Below are positions 1-8,920 of a DNA stretch of 64,000 nucleotides, in pieces; positions within the stretch are counted from its first letter, which is position 1, and each line of letters opens with the position of its first letter. The stretch is from Dehalococcoidia bacterium (lineage in GTDB: Bacteria; Chloroflexota; Dehalococcoidia; Lucifugimonadales; UBA3495): contig OY761449.1 of NCBI GenBank assembly GCA_963664375.1, forward strand, positions 2,315,087-2,379,086, given 5' to 3'. A model generated the notes under the pieces. It worked only from the letters and a program-made list of their open reading frames with translations. It was not told the origin of the DNA and made no database searches. A program made the translations under genes and the position numbers.

Positions 1-29
1 TGGATTCCTGCTTTCGCAGGAATGACAGG
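1..29. repeat. Family-B repeat, single arm (tggattcc.gctttcgc.ggaatgac), truncated by the window edge
   Basis: Matches the right arms at 13465-13493 and 59699-59726 with 2 mismatches. Confidence 0.6.
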
Positions 30-111
30 GCCGAATGAGTAATGAGGAGGCTGAATGGCCATCACCAACGCAAATAGGGAGTACCGTAATTTCGCCTGCA
101 TCAGGGAGACG

Positions 112-147
112 CCCCCACCCTAACCCTCCCCCGGAGGGAGAGGGAAC
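112..147 (+). repeat. REP-A palindromic element (CCCCCACCCTAACCCTCCCCC-loop-GGGAGAGGGAAC)
   Basis: Intergenic. The hairpin core CCCTCCCCC/GGGAGAGGG is shared with over 20 other copies in the window. Confidence 0.85.
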
Positions 148-250
148 TATCAGAAGGTTCCACTCCAATACACGACTCTCTTGCCCACGTATGCGCTGGT
201 GCGACTATAATCCTTCCAACGATTTGCCGAAATGAAATGGAGGAACCTGG

Positions 251-766
251 ATGGACACTTATCAGTGCATCAGGTCGAGGCTGACGGTGCGGGAATTCAA
301 GCCGGACCCTGTACCGGAGAGGGTGATTCGCCGGATGTTGCAGGCGGCACGCTGGGCGCCCAGCGCCCGCAATCGCCAGCCGTGGAACTTCGTCGTCATC
401 CAGAACCGGGATACCCTGGCGCAGATCGGCGGCATCGCCTCCTCGGGCGGGTTCATCGGCGGCGCGCCGCTGGCGGTGGCCGTGGTCATGGACCGCGGCG
501 GACGGCCTGAGTTCGATGCTGGCCGGTCGCTACAGCAGATGGAGCTGGCCGCGTGGTCTCTGGGCGTAGGCGGCTGTGTCGCTGGCGTTCGCGGGGAGGA
601 AAACGATAGGGTCAAGGAATTGCTGGGTATTCCCGAGGACAAGGAGCTGGTCGCAATGGTGGCCTTCGGATACCCCACCGACGAGGCCGCGGCCCGCACC
701 AAGGCACGGAAGCCGGTATCGGAATTCGCCCACAGCGAGCGATACGGGCAAAGCTACGGGAACTGA
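251..766 (+). CDS. Nitroreductase family protein
   Basis: ATG preceded by GGAGGA. 171 aa with the SRLTVREF and ARWAPSARNRQPW motifs typical of the FMN nitroreductase fold. Confidence 0.85.
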   Translation: MDTYQCIRSRLTVREFKPDPVPERVIRRMLQAARWAPSARNRQPWNFVVIQNRDTLAQIGGIASSGGFIGGAPLAVAVVMDRGGRPEFDAGRSLQQMELAAWSLGVGGCVAGVRGEENDRVKELLGIPEDKELVAMVAFGYPTDEAAARTKARKPVSEFAHSERYGQSYGN

Positions 767-792
767 TCTTACTATTTACGAGGAGGCGAGTC

Positions 793-1566
793 ATGCGATT
801 GGAAAACAAGGTTGCCATCATCACCGGAGCGGCGGCTGGAGTCGAAGGCCAGCTTATGGGATTCGGCGGGGCCGCCGCCAGAATGTTCGCCCGCGAAGGG
901 GCCAGGGTGGTGCTGACGGACATCAAGGCCGATATGGGCGAGGCCACCGCCGCGCAGATCAGGGAGAACGGCGGCGACGTGATGTTCATGGAGCACGACG
1001 TTACCGACGAGCAGCGCTGGCAGGAAGTAGTCGCCGAGACGGTGGCCCGCTACGGCAAGCTGGACGTGCTGGTGAACAACGCTGGCACTGGCGCACGCCT
1101 GACCGTCGAGGAAACCAGCGTCGACGATTGGGACGGCCAGATGGACGTTCACGCCAAGGGTGTGTTCCTGGGCACCAAGCTTGCCATCCCCGAGATGCGC
1201 AAGTCCGGCGGCGGGTCTATCATCAACGTATCCTCAATCTACGGCATCGTTGGCAGCCCCACTTCCACCGCCTACCACGCGGCCAAGGGCGCCAGCCGCC
1301 TGTTCACCAAGTCCGCCGCCATCCAGTACGCCTCGGAAAACATTCGGGTGAACTCGGTGCATCCCGGCTATTGCTGGACCCCCCTGACCGATCCCGGCTA
1401 CTCCGGTGAGGAAGGCCGACGCGAGTGGTCTCTGGACCGGATTCCAATCGGCCGCCTGGGCAACGCCGACGACATCGCCCACGGCATCGTTTATCTCGCC
1501 TCGGATGAGGCTTCGTTCGTAACCGGCGCTGAACTTGTCATCGACGGCGGCACCACCGCTCAATAG
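793..1566 (+). CDS. SDR family oxidoreductase (classical short-chain dehydrogenase)
   Basis: GAGGAGG RBS. Rossmann motif ITGAAAGV, NNAG, and Ser..YHAAK catalytic residues. Confidence 0.9.
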   Translation: MRLENKVAIITGAAAGVEGQLMGFGGAAARMFAREGARVVLTDIKADMGEATAAQIRENGGDVMFMEHDVTDEQRWQEVVAETVARYGKLDVLVNNAGTGARLTVEETSVDDWDGQMDVHAKGVFLGTKLAIPEMRKSGGGSIINVSSIYGIVGSPTSTAYHAAKGASRLFTKSAAIQYASENIRVNSVHPGYCWTPLTDPGYSGEEGRREWSLDRIPIGRLGNADDIAHGIVYLASDEASFVTGAELVIDGGTTAQ

Positions 1567-1611
1567 CGGAGGGCTGCCAGCAAAAGCCGAAACCCCTAAC
1601 GGAGGACACCA

Positions 1612-2583
1612 ATGACCTCTGCGCCGCCGCCAGCCCACCCGCAGGAACCCTGGCCGAACCTGCGGGCACTGCCGCGATCATTCTTCAACGCCCCGCTCTG
1701 CGAGAATATTGAGGAACTGGAGGCCGATATTGCCTTCATCGGGATACCGTTCGACCAGGGGACGCTGGGCCGGCCGGGGGCGCGTTTCGGGCCGGATGCC
1801 CTCCGTGACGCGCCCCGCGCCTACTCCTACTCCGACCCGTATGGCGCGCAGGGCGTGGCCGACGGTTTCTTCGACATCGACGCCGGGGACGAACTGCTGC
1901 GCGGGGTGGTGATGGCCGATTGCGGCAACGTCCCCATCGTGCCCTCGGAGGTAGTGGGCAATTTCGACCGCATCACGCGGGCCGTTGAGCAGGTAGTCGC
2001 GCGGGGGGCGCTGCCGGTGGCCGTGGGCGGCGACCACGCCATTACGTTCCCGGTAGTCCGCGGGTTGTCGAGGTTCGCGCCGCTGAACATCGTCCATTTC
2101 GACGCCCACCTCGATTACACCCATGACGTGCAGGACGCGCTGTACACCCACGCCAGCCCGATACGCCGCTGCCGCGAACTGGACTTCGTGGGGCACGTCA
2201 CGTCGGTGGGCATACGCTCGGCGCGGCGGATCCCCTACGAGGAAGCCATCAGGGACGGCAGTCTGATAATCAGCCACTCGCGCTTCAGGGAACTCGGCCC
2301 CACGGCGGTGGCCGATCTTATTCCCAAGGCCGAAAACCTGTACGTCACCTTCGACGTTGACGTTCTCGATCCCACCCAAGCGCCCGGCACAGGAACCCCG
2401 GAGACCGGCGGGTTGTTTTACGAGGAGGTTAGGAACTGCCTGCTGGCCCTGCTGGAGACATCGAACCTTGTGGCCTTCGACATCGTAGAGGTCGCCCCGC
2501 CCTACGACAATTCGGAACTGACTGTGCAGGTGGCGGCGCGGTTGATGCAGGACATCCTGGCGGCGCGCTTCCCCTCCCGGTAG
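1612..2583 (+). CDS. Agmatinase/arginase-family ureohydrolase
   Basis: Mn-binding motifs GGDHAITFP, DAHLD and FDVDVLDP. GGAGGA RBS. Confidence 0.85.
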   Translation: MTSAPPPAHPQEPWPNLRALPRSFFNAPLCENIEELEADIAFIGIPFDQGTLGRPGARFGPDALRDAPRAYSYSDPYGAQGVADGFFDIDAGDELLRGVVMADCGNVPIVPSEVVGNFDRITRAVEQVVARGALPVAVGGDHAITFPVVRGLSRFAPLNIVHFDAHLDYTHDVQDALYTHASPIRRCRELDFVGHVTSVGIRSARRIPYEEAIRDGSLIISHSRFRELGPTAVADLIPKAENLYVTFDVDVLDPTQAPGTGTPETGGLFYEEVRNCLLALLETSNLVAFDIVEVAPPYDNSELTVQVAARLMQDILAARFPSR

Positions 2584-2589
2584 CGGTCT

Positions 2590-3324
2590 TCAGACTGCTG
2601 CGAATTCCAAGACGCCCCGGTACTTACGGTGACAAGGCAGGCACACCGGCTTGGCCTTGGTGGTTTCCATGTCTGTTCCGCAGGTGTGGCAGTGCTCTTC
2701 CTTGTAATCCGGGTTCTTGAATCGATTCCAGGTACGGAAGCAACTCGCGCAATATGGCTCGACCGGGTTTGCCGGTATCGTGGTTTTGCAGCGGATGCAG
2801 AAACCGTTTTGCAGCTTGTCAACCGCTGCCTTTTCCGTTCGCCGTTTCGGAGCCTCAGGAGGGTCTTCGGAAACAGTGACCGTAGCGACTGTTTCGCGAA
2901 TCTCTTCGCTAACCCTCATGATACGCATTGATTCATCGAGTATTTTGTCGTAGAGGGCAGGAGCCTGGTCTTTCGAGACCAGAATCCCCATCTCGTCATT
3001 GTTGACTTGTGAGAACTCGTACAGGTTCATCGATGTCAACAACGCTTCCTTTTCGTTCAGGTAGCATTTCGCGTGAAGGTTGCTGCGGAAACTGGTCCGG
3101 ATAGAAGCCAATGACGCCAGCCATTGCTTCTCCTCCGGCCGCAGCTCATTCTTGCCATATATTACACGGATAGTGACCTTAAAACGGTCCCGGTCCTCCA
3201 AGAGTTCTTTGATCCGAGAGTTAATCTTGAGGAACGGGCTGATAATCCAAAGTTCCCTCTCAGCGTTTTGGATTATTTGCTCGAGCCTGTAATTTATGCC
3301 AGTCGTATTTAGGAACTCAGCCAT
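2590..3324 (-). CDS. PLD-like (Nuc-type HKD) domain protein with a C-terminal double zinc ribbon
   Basis: HKD-type motif HAKCYLNEKEALLTSMNLY. Four CxxC pairs at the C-terminus (CIRC, CASC, CHTC, CLPC). Start set to ATG 3324 (AGGAGG 9 nt upstream) because the longer ORF to 3417 runs into the tRNA. GC is visibly lower than the flanks. Confidence 0.7.
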   Translation of the reverse strand: MAEFLNTTGINYRLEQIIQNAERELWIISPFLKINSRIKELLEDRDRFKVTIRVIYGKNELRPEEKQWLASLASIRTSFRSNLHAKCYLNEKEALLTSMNLYEFSQVNNDEMGILVSKDQAPALYDKILDESMRIMRVSEEIRETVATVTVSEDPPEAPKRRTEKAAVDKLQNGFCIRCKTTIPANPVEPYCASCFRTWNRFKNPDYKEEHCHTCGTDMETTKAKPVCLPCHRKYRGVLEFAAV

Positions 3325-3373
3325 ACCGATTCTGCCTCCTGGCGACATACTGCGTCGGGGCGCGATGTAAGTG

Positions 3374-3448
3374 TGGTGGAGGTGAGGGGGGTCGAACCCC
3401 TGACCCCCTGCTTGCAAAGCAGGTGCTCTCCCACTGAGCTACACCCCC
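3374..3448 (-). tRNA. tRNA-Ala (anticodon UGC), CCA encoded
   Basis: Minus-strand cloverleaf GGGGGTGTAGCTCAGTGGGAGAGCACCTGCTTTGCAAGCAGGGGGTCAGGGGTTCGACCCCCCTCACCTCCACCA, with the G3:U70 identity pair and a TTCGA T-loop. Confidence 0.95.
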
Positions 3449-3590
3449 ACGGGGAACGGCGCATTTCCATTCTATCCCGGCAGCGAAACGGCGGCAACCA
3501 AGAACTGCCGACCGAACTCGGCCTTACAGTTGTTCCCTATCCCGGCGGGAGAGGGCATTTCCTTTTTAGCGCTAAACTGCCGAAGGGCAG

Positions 3591-3636
3591 GATTTCACCC
3601 ACGCCTCAACCTTCCCACCACAAGAGGGGGGAGAAT
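3591..3636 (+). repeat. Degenerate REP-A copy
   Basis: gatttcacccacgcctcaaccttcccaccacaagaggggggagaatc resembles the REP-A consensus with several substitutions. Confidence 0.5.
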
Positions 3637-3708
3637 CAAGAGGCCCTGTATAACCGGCCCTCTGGCTTGCTCGGGCAAACCAGGGGCCAGCAACAAGACT
3701 CTCGCCGG

Positions 3709-4788
3709 TTATCGAGTCTGGATGGTCAACGACTCGCTTGGGTAGCCGAAAAGCTCCACCACTCTCTTCGCCCGGCCTTCGATGAGCACGCCGGCGCCCT
3801 GGCAAGAAGCATAGATTCCGGAATCACCGATTTGACGCGGGTGGTGGACGTCGTCTTCATTCCTGGAAAAGTAGGGCAGAGTCCGTCCCCTTATACCAAG
3901 AATCTTCTCGAAGTCCCCAGGATGGCGCTGCCGCATGACCTCGCACACCCCGATCAGCAGGTCGGGCCAGGAGGACGCGGTCTGGGATTCCGATTCGAAG
4001 GTGAACGAGGCCGGCCTGCGGCGCGACCCTCCGCCCGTCCTGCTTTCAGAGGCTTCGTCGTCCGAGAACGGCAGCAACTCAGCACGGTGCTCCAGGAGAA
4101 CCCGGCGCACGAACCTGTTATCGGGCCTCTCTCCCGCGCGATTTTCCGAAGCCGTGGCCACCAGCTCGACCAGTCCTTCGTCGATCCCTCGCACGACCTG
4201 GCGCCAGCCTTCCAGGATGGCCTGACGCACGACAACGTTCTGATTGCGTTCCTGGAGCGCCCTTTCCGCAGAACGCGCCGCCTGGCCGCTGACCACCCGG
4301 TCCTTGGCTAGGTAGCGGTTGAGGTCATCGGCGGCGCTGTCGGGATCGCCGGACAGATCCGTCTCGCAATACCGGCTTTCCCGGTTTTCCTGTCCGGGAG
4401 CAATGTACGAAAGAAACCACTTGAGCCCATTCGTCAACACTCCCAGCGATACGCCGTTCCTGGAACAGTGATTGATAAGCTGGCGCTCAAAACGGTCGCT
4501 TTCAAGGTTTTCGCCCGGCAGTTTCACATCGACGAAGATCAGGGGGGTGGCGGCGGTTCTACTGCGGGCGGAGGTGGGGGACATCAATGCAAAGTCAATG
4601 GTCGTGTTGCCGCTGCGGTACTCCGGATGGACTTCCGAAAGATCGAATGTATCCCACCCGGCGGCGCTCAACACTCTCAGCACTATCCCCTGCTTTATGG
4701 CGCTCTCGCTCAGTTCCTCCAGGTCGGGGAGAGTGTTGACGTATGCAAGCGCCTGGGAAATTGCGTCTCTGTAATTGATTCTGGGCAT
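3709..4788 (-). CDS. PD-(D/E)xK nuclease-like protein (type I restriction HsdR N-terminal-like domain) with an uncharacterised C-terminal domain
   Basis: The N-terminal pattern E..IDFAL..IFVDVK..Q..GVLTNGLKWFL fits the HsdR_N/PD-(D/E)xK core. The C-terminal 200 aa are unrecognised. ATG with a GGCGAGG RBS. Confidence 0.55.
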   Translation of the reverse strand: MPRINYRDAISQALAYVNTLPDLEELSESAIKQGIVLRVLSAAGWDTFDLSEVHPEYRSGNTTIDFALMSPTSARSRTAATPLIFVDVKLPGENLESDRFERQLINHCSRNGVSLGVLTNGLKWFLSYIAPGQENRESRYCETDLSGDPDSAADDLNRYLAKDRVVSGQAARSAERALQERNQNVVVRQAILEGWRQVVRGIDEGLVELVATASENRAGERPDNRFVRRVLLEHRAELLPFSDDEASESRTGGGSRRRPASFTFESESQTASSWPDLLIGVCEVMRQRHPGDFEKILGIRGRTLPYFSRNEDDVHHPRQIGDSGIYASCQGAGVLIEGRAKRVVELFGYPSESLTIQTR

Positions 4789-4951
4789 GAAGGCCTCGCC
4801 GTTTGAATTTATTGGGATGTGACGCAGGGCTGGCTGGCCGGGCGTGACATCGCGCAGAGTGGATTATAAAGTAAATCTTCAATGATGCAAGTCAATAGGG
4901 AACCGAATCGCTCTCTGCAACTAAATTGTAGCAAGCCGATGAGAGTTCAGC

Positions 4952-5953
4952 TTACCTTGTCAAAGCATGCCTGGGATTGGGGTGCTGCAAAACCGCCGGA
5001 TTAACCAGGTTGTCCGGCATTTCTCCATGCATCACCTTTACTACTTCGGCTGCAGCCCTCTGTTCCAACTCCAGCGTTGACTCCTGGGAGAAAAAAGCGA
5101 CGTGAGGAGTAATGATGACGTTTTCCAGCGCCAGCAACGGATGCTCCCGCGACGGAACGTTATCTACCATCACGTCCAGCCCGGCCCCGGCAATAACGCC
5201 GTTAGCGAGCGCGGCGTAGAGCGCCTCCTCGTCAATCAGTGGGCCACGGGCCGCGTTAATCAGGAACGCCTCCCGCTTCATCGCCGCCAGTTCGTCCCGG
5301 CCAATCATGTTCCGGGTCTCGTCGGAGAGAGGGGTGTGCAATGAAACAAAATCGGATTCGCCCAGCAGTTGGTCCAATTCAACGAGTGAACCGCCGAAGG
5401 ACTCAACAGTTGCGGAATCGACGAAAGGGTCTGCGGCCAGTATGTTCATCCCGAAGGCCCGCGCCTTGCTGGCCACGGCTTGCCCTATCCTGCCAAACCC
5501 GACGATTCCGATGGTCTTTCCCCGCAGCCGCATCATGCGCATGGTGAGCGGCTGGCTGCCCCACCCGCGTTCCTTGACCGACCGGTCGAACAGCACGATC
5601 TTCCGATTCCAGGCATGCAACAGCGCCATCACGTGGTCGGATACCTCGTCGACGCAGTAGTCCGGCACGTAGGTAACGGCGATTCCCAGTTCGGTGGCCG
5701 TGGCGACGGCAATGTTGTCCACCCCGACGCCGAAACGGCCGATGACCTGGCATCGCTCGGCGGCGCGGACGACGTTCCCGGTGACCTGGGCGAAACAGGT
5801 CATGATTGCATCCGCGTCGCGGGCAAGGCCAGCCAGCGTCTCCTCGTTGCCGTCGGGTGCCACGGCAACCTCGGCCCCACCGGCCTCAAGCACGGCTCTT
5901 TCCGGGTCAGTGCTGGGCCACACGTAGTCGGTGATTAGGACTTTCCAGGTCAT
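4952..5953 (-). CDS. D-isomer-specific 2-hydroxyacid dehydrogenase (NAD-binding)
   Basis: GIVGFGRIGQAV dinucleotide motif, INAARG and ITPHVAF catalytic region. Confidence 0.9.
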   Translation of the reverse strand: MTWKVLITDYVWPSTDPERAVLEAGGAEVAVAPDGNEETLAGLARDADAIMTCFAQVTGNVVRAAERCQVIGRFGVGVDNIAVATATELGIAVTYVPDYCVDEVSDHVMALLHAWNRKIVLFDRSVKERGWGSQPLTMRMMRLRGKTIGIVGFGRIGQAVASKARAFGMNILAADPFVDSATVESFGGSLVELDQLLGESDFVSLHTPLSDETRNMIGRDELAAMKREAFLINAARGPLIDEEALYAALANGVIAGAGLDVMVDNVPSREHPLLALENVIITPHVAFFSQESTLELEQRAAAEVVKVMHGEMPDNLVNPAVLQHPNPRHALTR

Positions 5954-5977
5954 ACGGCCCTCCGGTCGCTGCTGCGG

Positions 5978-7612
5978 TCAGTGCTGGGTGCCGCGGTTGA
6001 ACTCGCGAGGCATGGGCTTGAACATGCACCCTTCCACGAAAATCTCGAAGAAATCCGGGGTGGTCTCCAGTTCAACATGCTCGACACGCCGCACAAGGTC
6101 CTCGGCCCGCCGCCGCGAGTCCTGGGACAGGAGCATCATCGTTGCGCCCTCAAGCGCGGCGTTGCCAGCCCGGGCGACGCGTTCCTCCGGGAAATTGGCG
6201 ACGAACCCGATGGCCATTGCATTGGAAACGTCCAGGTAGTTGGCGAAGCCGCCCGCGAGGTAGAGCCGCGATATGTCCTCCACTGGCCGTCCGTACTTTC
6301 GCAGGGTGATGAATTGCCCGCAATAGTTGGCCGACTTCGCCTGCGCCAGGGCACTGATGTCGGCGCGGGAGAGACCCATCCCCTTCTCCGGCGCAAAAAC
6401 GTACTCTCTGGCCCCGTCTTCGAATGCTCCCAGCTCGTTCATCAATCCACCGGCCCGAAGCTCGTGCAGCAGGTCTACCAGCCCGGAGCCGCATATCCCT
6501 TGCGCCTCAGCCCCGCCAATGGTGGACACCTGCGGGCGGCCATCTCGGATGCGAACGGACTCCACCGCGCCGTCGTAGCCTGCCATGCCGTGGGTGACCT
6601 GCCCGCCCTCGAAGGCGGGGCCAGCCGGGCACGACGCGGAGACCATGGCGTGCCGGTTGCCGATGACAACCTCCGTGTTGGTGCCGATGTCCACCAGCAT
6701 CACCGGCTCCTCCTGCTCGTCCATGCCGATGGCCAGGAGGCCGGCGGCCACGTCGGCCCCCACGTGGCTCGCGATGAGCGGCCCCCCGTACACGTGGGCC
6801 TTCGGGAATATCCGCAGCCCCACGGCCTGAGCGCTGGATTGCAGGGAAGTGCCGGTTCGCTCGCCCGCCTCCCATTCCAGCTCGATGGAAGACTTGTAGG
6901 GCTTGACACCCACCGGCTGAACGTTGACGCCGAAGGCGATGTCCCGCATGGTGGTGTTGCCCACAATAACGGCGCTGTAGATCTGGCGCCGTTGAACATT
7001 CAGTTGCCGGATCATTTCGCCTATTTCGAAATTGATCGCCGAGATAATTGCGAGCCTTAACTCGCCCCGGTTTCTCCCGGCGTCGTAGGAAATCCGGTTC
7101 ATGACATCGCTGCCACCGAATTTCTGAGGGTTTTCAAATGAGGACGTAGCGATGATCTCCCCGGATTCCAGGTCGGCCAGGTTAATTGCCACCGTAGTGG
7201 TGCCTATGTCGGCGGCCAATCCCAGTATCCGGCCCCGGTAGATGTCAACCGGCTGGCCGCCGATGGTCACCTCGTCGCCATCGCGCCGGACATGCGGGGC
7301 AAGTTCGACCGCCCGCCGTATGCCCTCGGTGAGGATGCGCGGCTGGCGGCGCAGGACGCTGAACTCTATGGTCTCGGACGGGTCAGCGACGATTGCCTGG
7401 CAGGCAAGCCGGAAGTTGCCGGAAAGAAAATACTCGTCCCGGGAGTTAGGGAACAGTCCCTCCATCCCGCTACGCACCTCCACGATGCACTCGTGGCAAC
7501 TCCCGCCCCTGCCGCAGGAGGTGGGCACGCGCACGCGCAGATGATCGGCGTAGTCGAAGAGCGACTTCCCGCGATGGGCCTGGATTTCATGTCCATTCAA
7601 TATCACTGGCAT
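5978..7612 (-). CDS. Corrinoid reductive activase (RACo/RamA-like ASKHA ATPase with an N-terminal 2Fe-2S ferredoxin domain)
   Basis: CGRGGSCHEC...LACQ plant-type ferredoxin motif, then the ASKHA signatures ADIGTTTV and VDIGTNTE. Start set to ATG 7612 (MPVILNG) rather than TTG 7633. Confidence 0.85.
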   Translation of the reverse strand: MPVILNGHEIQAHRGKSLFDYADHLRVRVPTSCGRGGSCHECIVEVRSGMEGLFPNSRDEYFLSGNFRLACQAIVADPSETIEFSVLRRQPRILTEGIRRAVELAPHVRRDGDEVTIGGQPVDIYRGRILGLAADIGTTTVAINLADLESGEIIATSSFENPQKFGGSDVMNRISYDAGRNRGELRLAIISAINFEIGEMIRQLNVQRRQIYSAVIVGNTTMRDIAFGVNVQPVGVKPYKSSIELEWEAGERTGTSLQSSAQAVGLRIFPKAHVYGGPLIASHVGADVAAGLLAIGMDEQEEPVMLVDIGTNTEVVIGNRHAMVSASCPAGPAFEGGQVTHGMAGYDGAVESVRIRDGRPQVSTIGGAEAQGICGSGLVDLLHELRAGGLMNELGAFEDGAREYVFAPEKGMGLSRADISALAQAKSANYCGQFITLRKYGRPVEDISRLYLAGGFANYLDVSNAMAIGFVANFPEERVARAGNAALEGATMMLLSQDSRRRAEDLVRRVEHVELETTPDFFEIFVEGCMFKPMPREFNRGTQH

Positions 7613-7701
7613 GGTGGCATTGTAGCAAATCAAGAGACAGAGTCAGCTACGGCAAGGGATTCCCAGCAGGACGGTTGCAATTTCTTTCTCCCGGCCCCGA
7701 A

Positions 7702-7742
7702 TTCCCTCCCCCTTGAGGGGGAGGGTTAGGGTGGGGGTGAAA
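7702..7742 (-). repeat. REP-A element
   Basis: ttccctcccccttgagggggagggttagggtgggggtgaaa, intergenic. Confidence 0.9.
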
Positions 7743-7761
7743 TTGCAGCGAAGAGAGTTCC

Positions 7762-8025
7762 TCAGGCACTCCCGTCCATTTCCCATGCCGAGCGGTAGTC
7801 GAGGTTGTCGTCGCCGGTGCAGGGATAGAGTTCGCCCTCCGGGGCGGAGCGGTCCTGGTTGCGGCAGCCGAACCGGGCCGTGCAGAGGTTCTGGGCGTTC
7901 TTGTAGGGGCAGCGGTAGGTGGATACCACGTTCACCGTGTCGGAAATGCCGCGGAATATTTCCGTAAGGCGCTCGACGCTCCGGAGGTAGCGCTCCGGAT
8001 CGGCCTTGGGCCGCTCATCAGCCAT
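7762..8025 (-). CDS. Small Cys-containing protein of unknown function (87 aa)
   Basis: Starts 4 nt after the corrinoid-protein stop on the same strand. Four Cys residues (C-x10-C-x5-C-x17-C). High third-position GC in frame. Confidence 0.6.
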   Translation of the reverse strand: MADERPKADPERYLRSVERLTEIFRGISDTVNVVSTYRCPYKNAQNLCTARFGCRNQDRSAPEGELYPCTGDDNLDYRSAWEMDGSA

Positions 8026-8028
8026 GGG

Positions 8029-8787
8029 TCAGTCCGCGACCGCCGCAGTCTCTACGCCCGGCTGGGCGACGAACTCCTTGGCCAGGTCGACGCAGGCGAT
8101 GGCGTCCTTGCCGTAGCCGTCGGCGCCCATGTCGTCCGCGAACTCCTGCGACAGCGGCGCGCCGCCGACCATGATGCGCACTTCGCCGCGCAATCCCGCC
8201 TCCTCGAACGCCTCGATGGTGCGGCCCATGTTGGGCATGGTGGTGGTCAGCAGCGCCGACATTCCCAGGATGTCCGCCCCCTTGTCCACCACTTCGTCGA
8301 TGAACTCGTCGGGCTGGGTGTCAACGCCCAAGTCATGCACCACGAAACCGGCGCCGCGCAGCATCATGATGCAGAGATTCTTGCCGATGTCGTGCAGATC
8401 GCCCTTCACCGTGCCCATGACCACCGTGCCGATGGGCTCGATCCCGGAAGCCGACAGGATAGGCTCGATATGCGCCATTCCCGCCTTCATCGCCCGCGCC
8501 GCTACCAGCACTTCCGGCACGAAGATTATGTTGTCCCGGAACTTGATGCCCACGATTGCCATCCCCGAGATCAGCCCGTCGTCCATGATGGTGTTGGCCG
8601 AAAACCCGTCCTCGAGGGCTTGCAGCGTCAGCCGGTCCACTTCAATGTTCTGGCCGGTGATGAGCTGGTAGGAAATCTCCTGCATCATCGGGTCGGCTTC
8701 ATCCCACAGGGCGCGAATGTGGCGCTGCTCATCGGGATTCTCGACGTGTGCCAGTTCCGATTCCAGTCCCTCGTGAACGACGGGCAT
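8029..8787 (-). CDS. Corrinoid (cobalamin-binding) protein of a methyltransferase system
   Basis: B12-binding DxHxxG motif (GDLHDIGKN), SALLTTT and MVGGAP motifs, and an N-terminal helical cap domain. Confidence 0.9.
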   Translation of the reverse strand: MPVVHEGLESELAHVENPDEQRHIRALWDEADPMMQEISYQLITGQNIEVDRLTLQALEDGFSANTIMDDGLISGMAIVGIKFRDNIIFVPEVLVAARAMKAGMAHIEPILSASGIEPIGTVVMGTVKGDLHDIGKNLCIMMLRGAGFVVHDLGVDTQPDEFIDEVVDKGADILGMSALLTTTMPNMGRTIEAFEEAGLRGEVRIMVGGAPLSQEFADDMGADGYGKDAIACVDLAKEFVAQPGVETAAVAD

Positions 8788-8839
8788 TTGACTACCTCTC
8801 GTTTGTCTAAATCAGGTGGGAAGTTCCGTAGTTGGGGAG

Positions 8840-8879
8840 TTCACCCCCACCCTAACCCTCCCCCTGAGGGGGAGGGAAT
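8840..8879 (+). repeat. REP-A element
   Basis: ttcacccccaccctaaccctccccctgagggggagggaat, lying between two co-oriented operon genes. Confidence 0.9.
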
Positions 8880-8920
8880 TTCGTTGCCGCTGCATTCAAA
8901 TTTGCAAGTCCCTTTATGAT

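Noticed and set aside
35-235. 66-aa ORF at the window start, and other ORFs containing HPNPPPEGEG or RGRVRVGVK peptides
   Set aside because: These peptides are translations of REP-A elements. They recur wherever a REP occurs and do not indicate genes.
576-1409. 277-aa ORF overlapping the nitroreductase and SDR genes, with similar long out-of-frame or antisense ORFs at 15504-16352, 18176-19264, 20224-21018, 21373-22296, 43782-45575, 55393-56850, 57573-58466 and 60363-61412
   Set aside because: These are typical high-GC shadow ORFs with R/G/P/A-rich, low-complexity translations. Each overlaps a gene with clear family motifs in another frame or on the other strand.
2590-3417. Long form of the PLD-like ORF
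   Set aside because: Its first 31 codons run through the tRNA-Ala gene. ATG 3324 with an AGGAGG RBS is used instead.
3450-3708. Possible small gene or ncRNA between the tRNA and the PD-(D/E)xK gene
   Set aside because: The region contains only degenerate REP-A fragments. There is no convincing ORF, RBS or conserved RNA motif.
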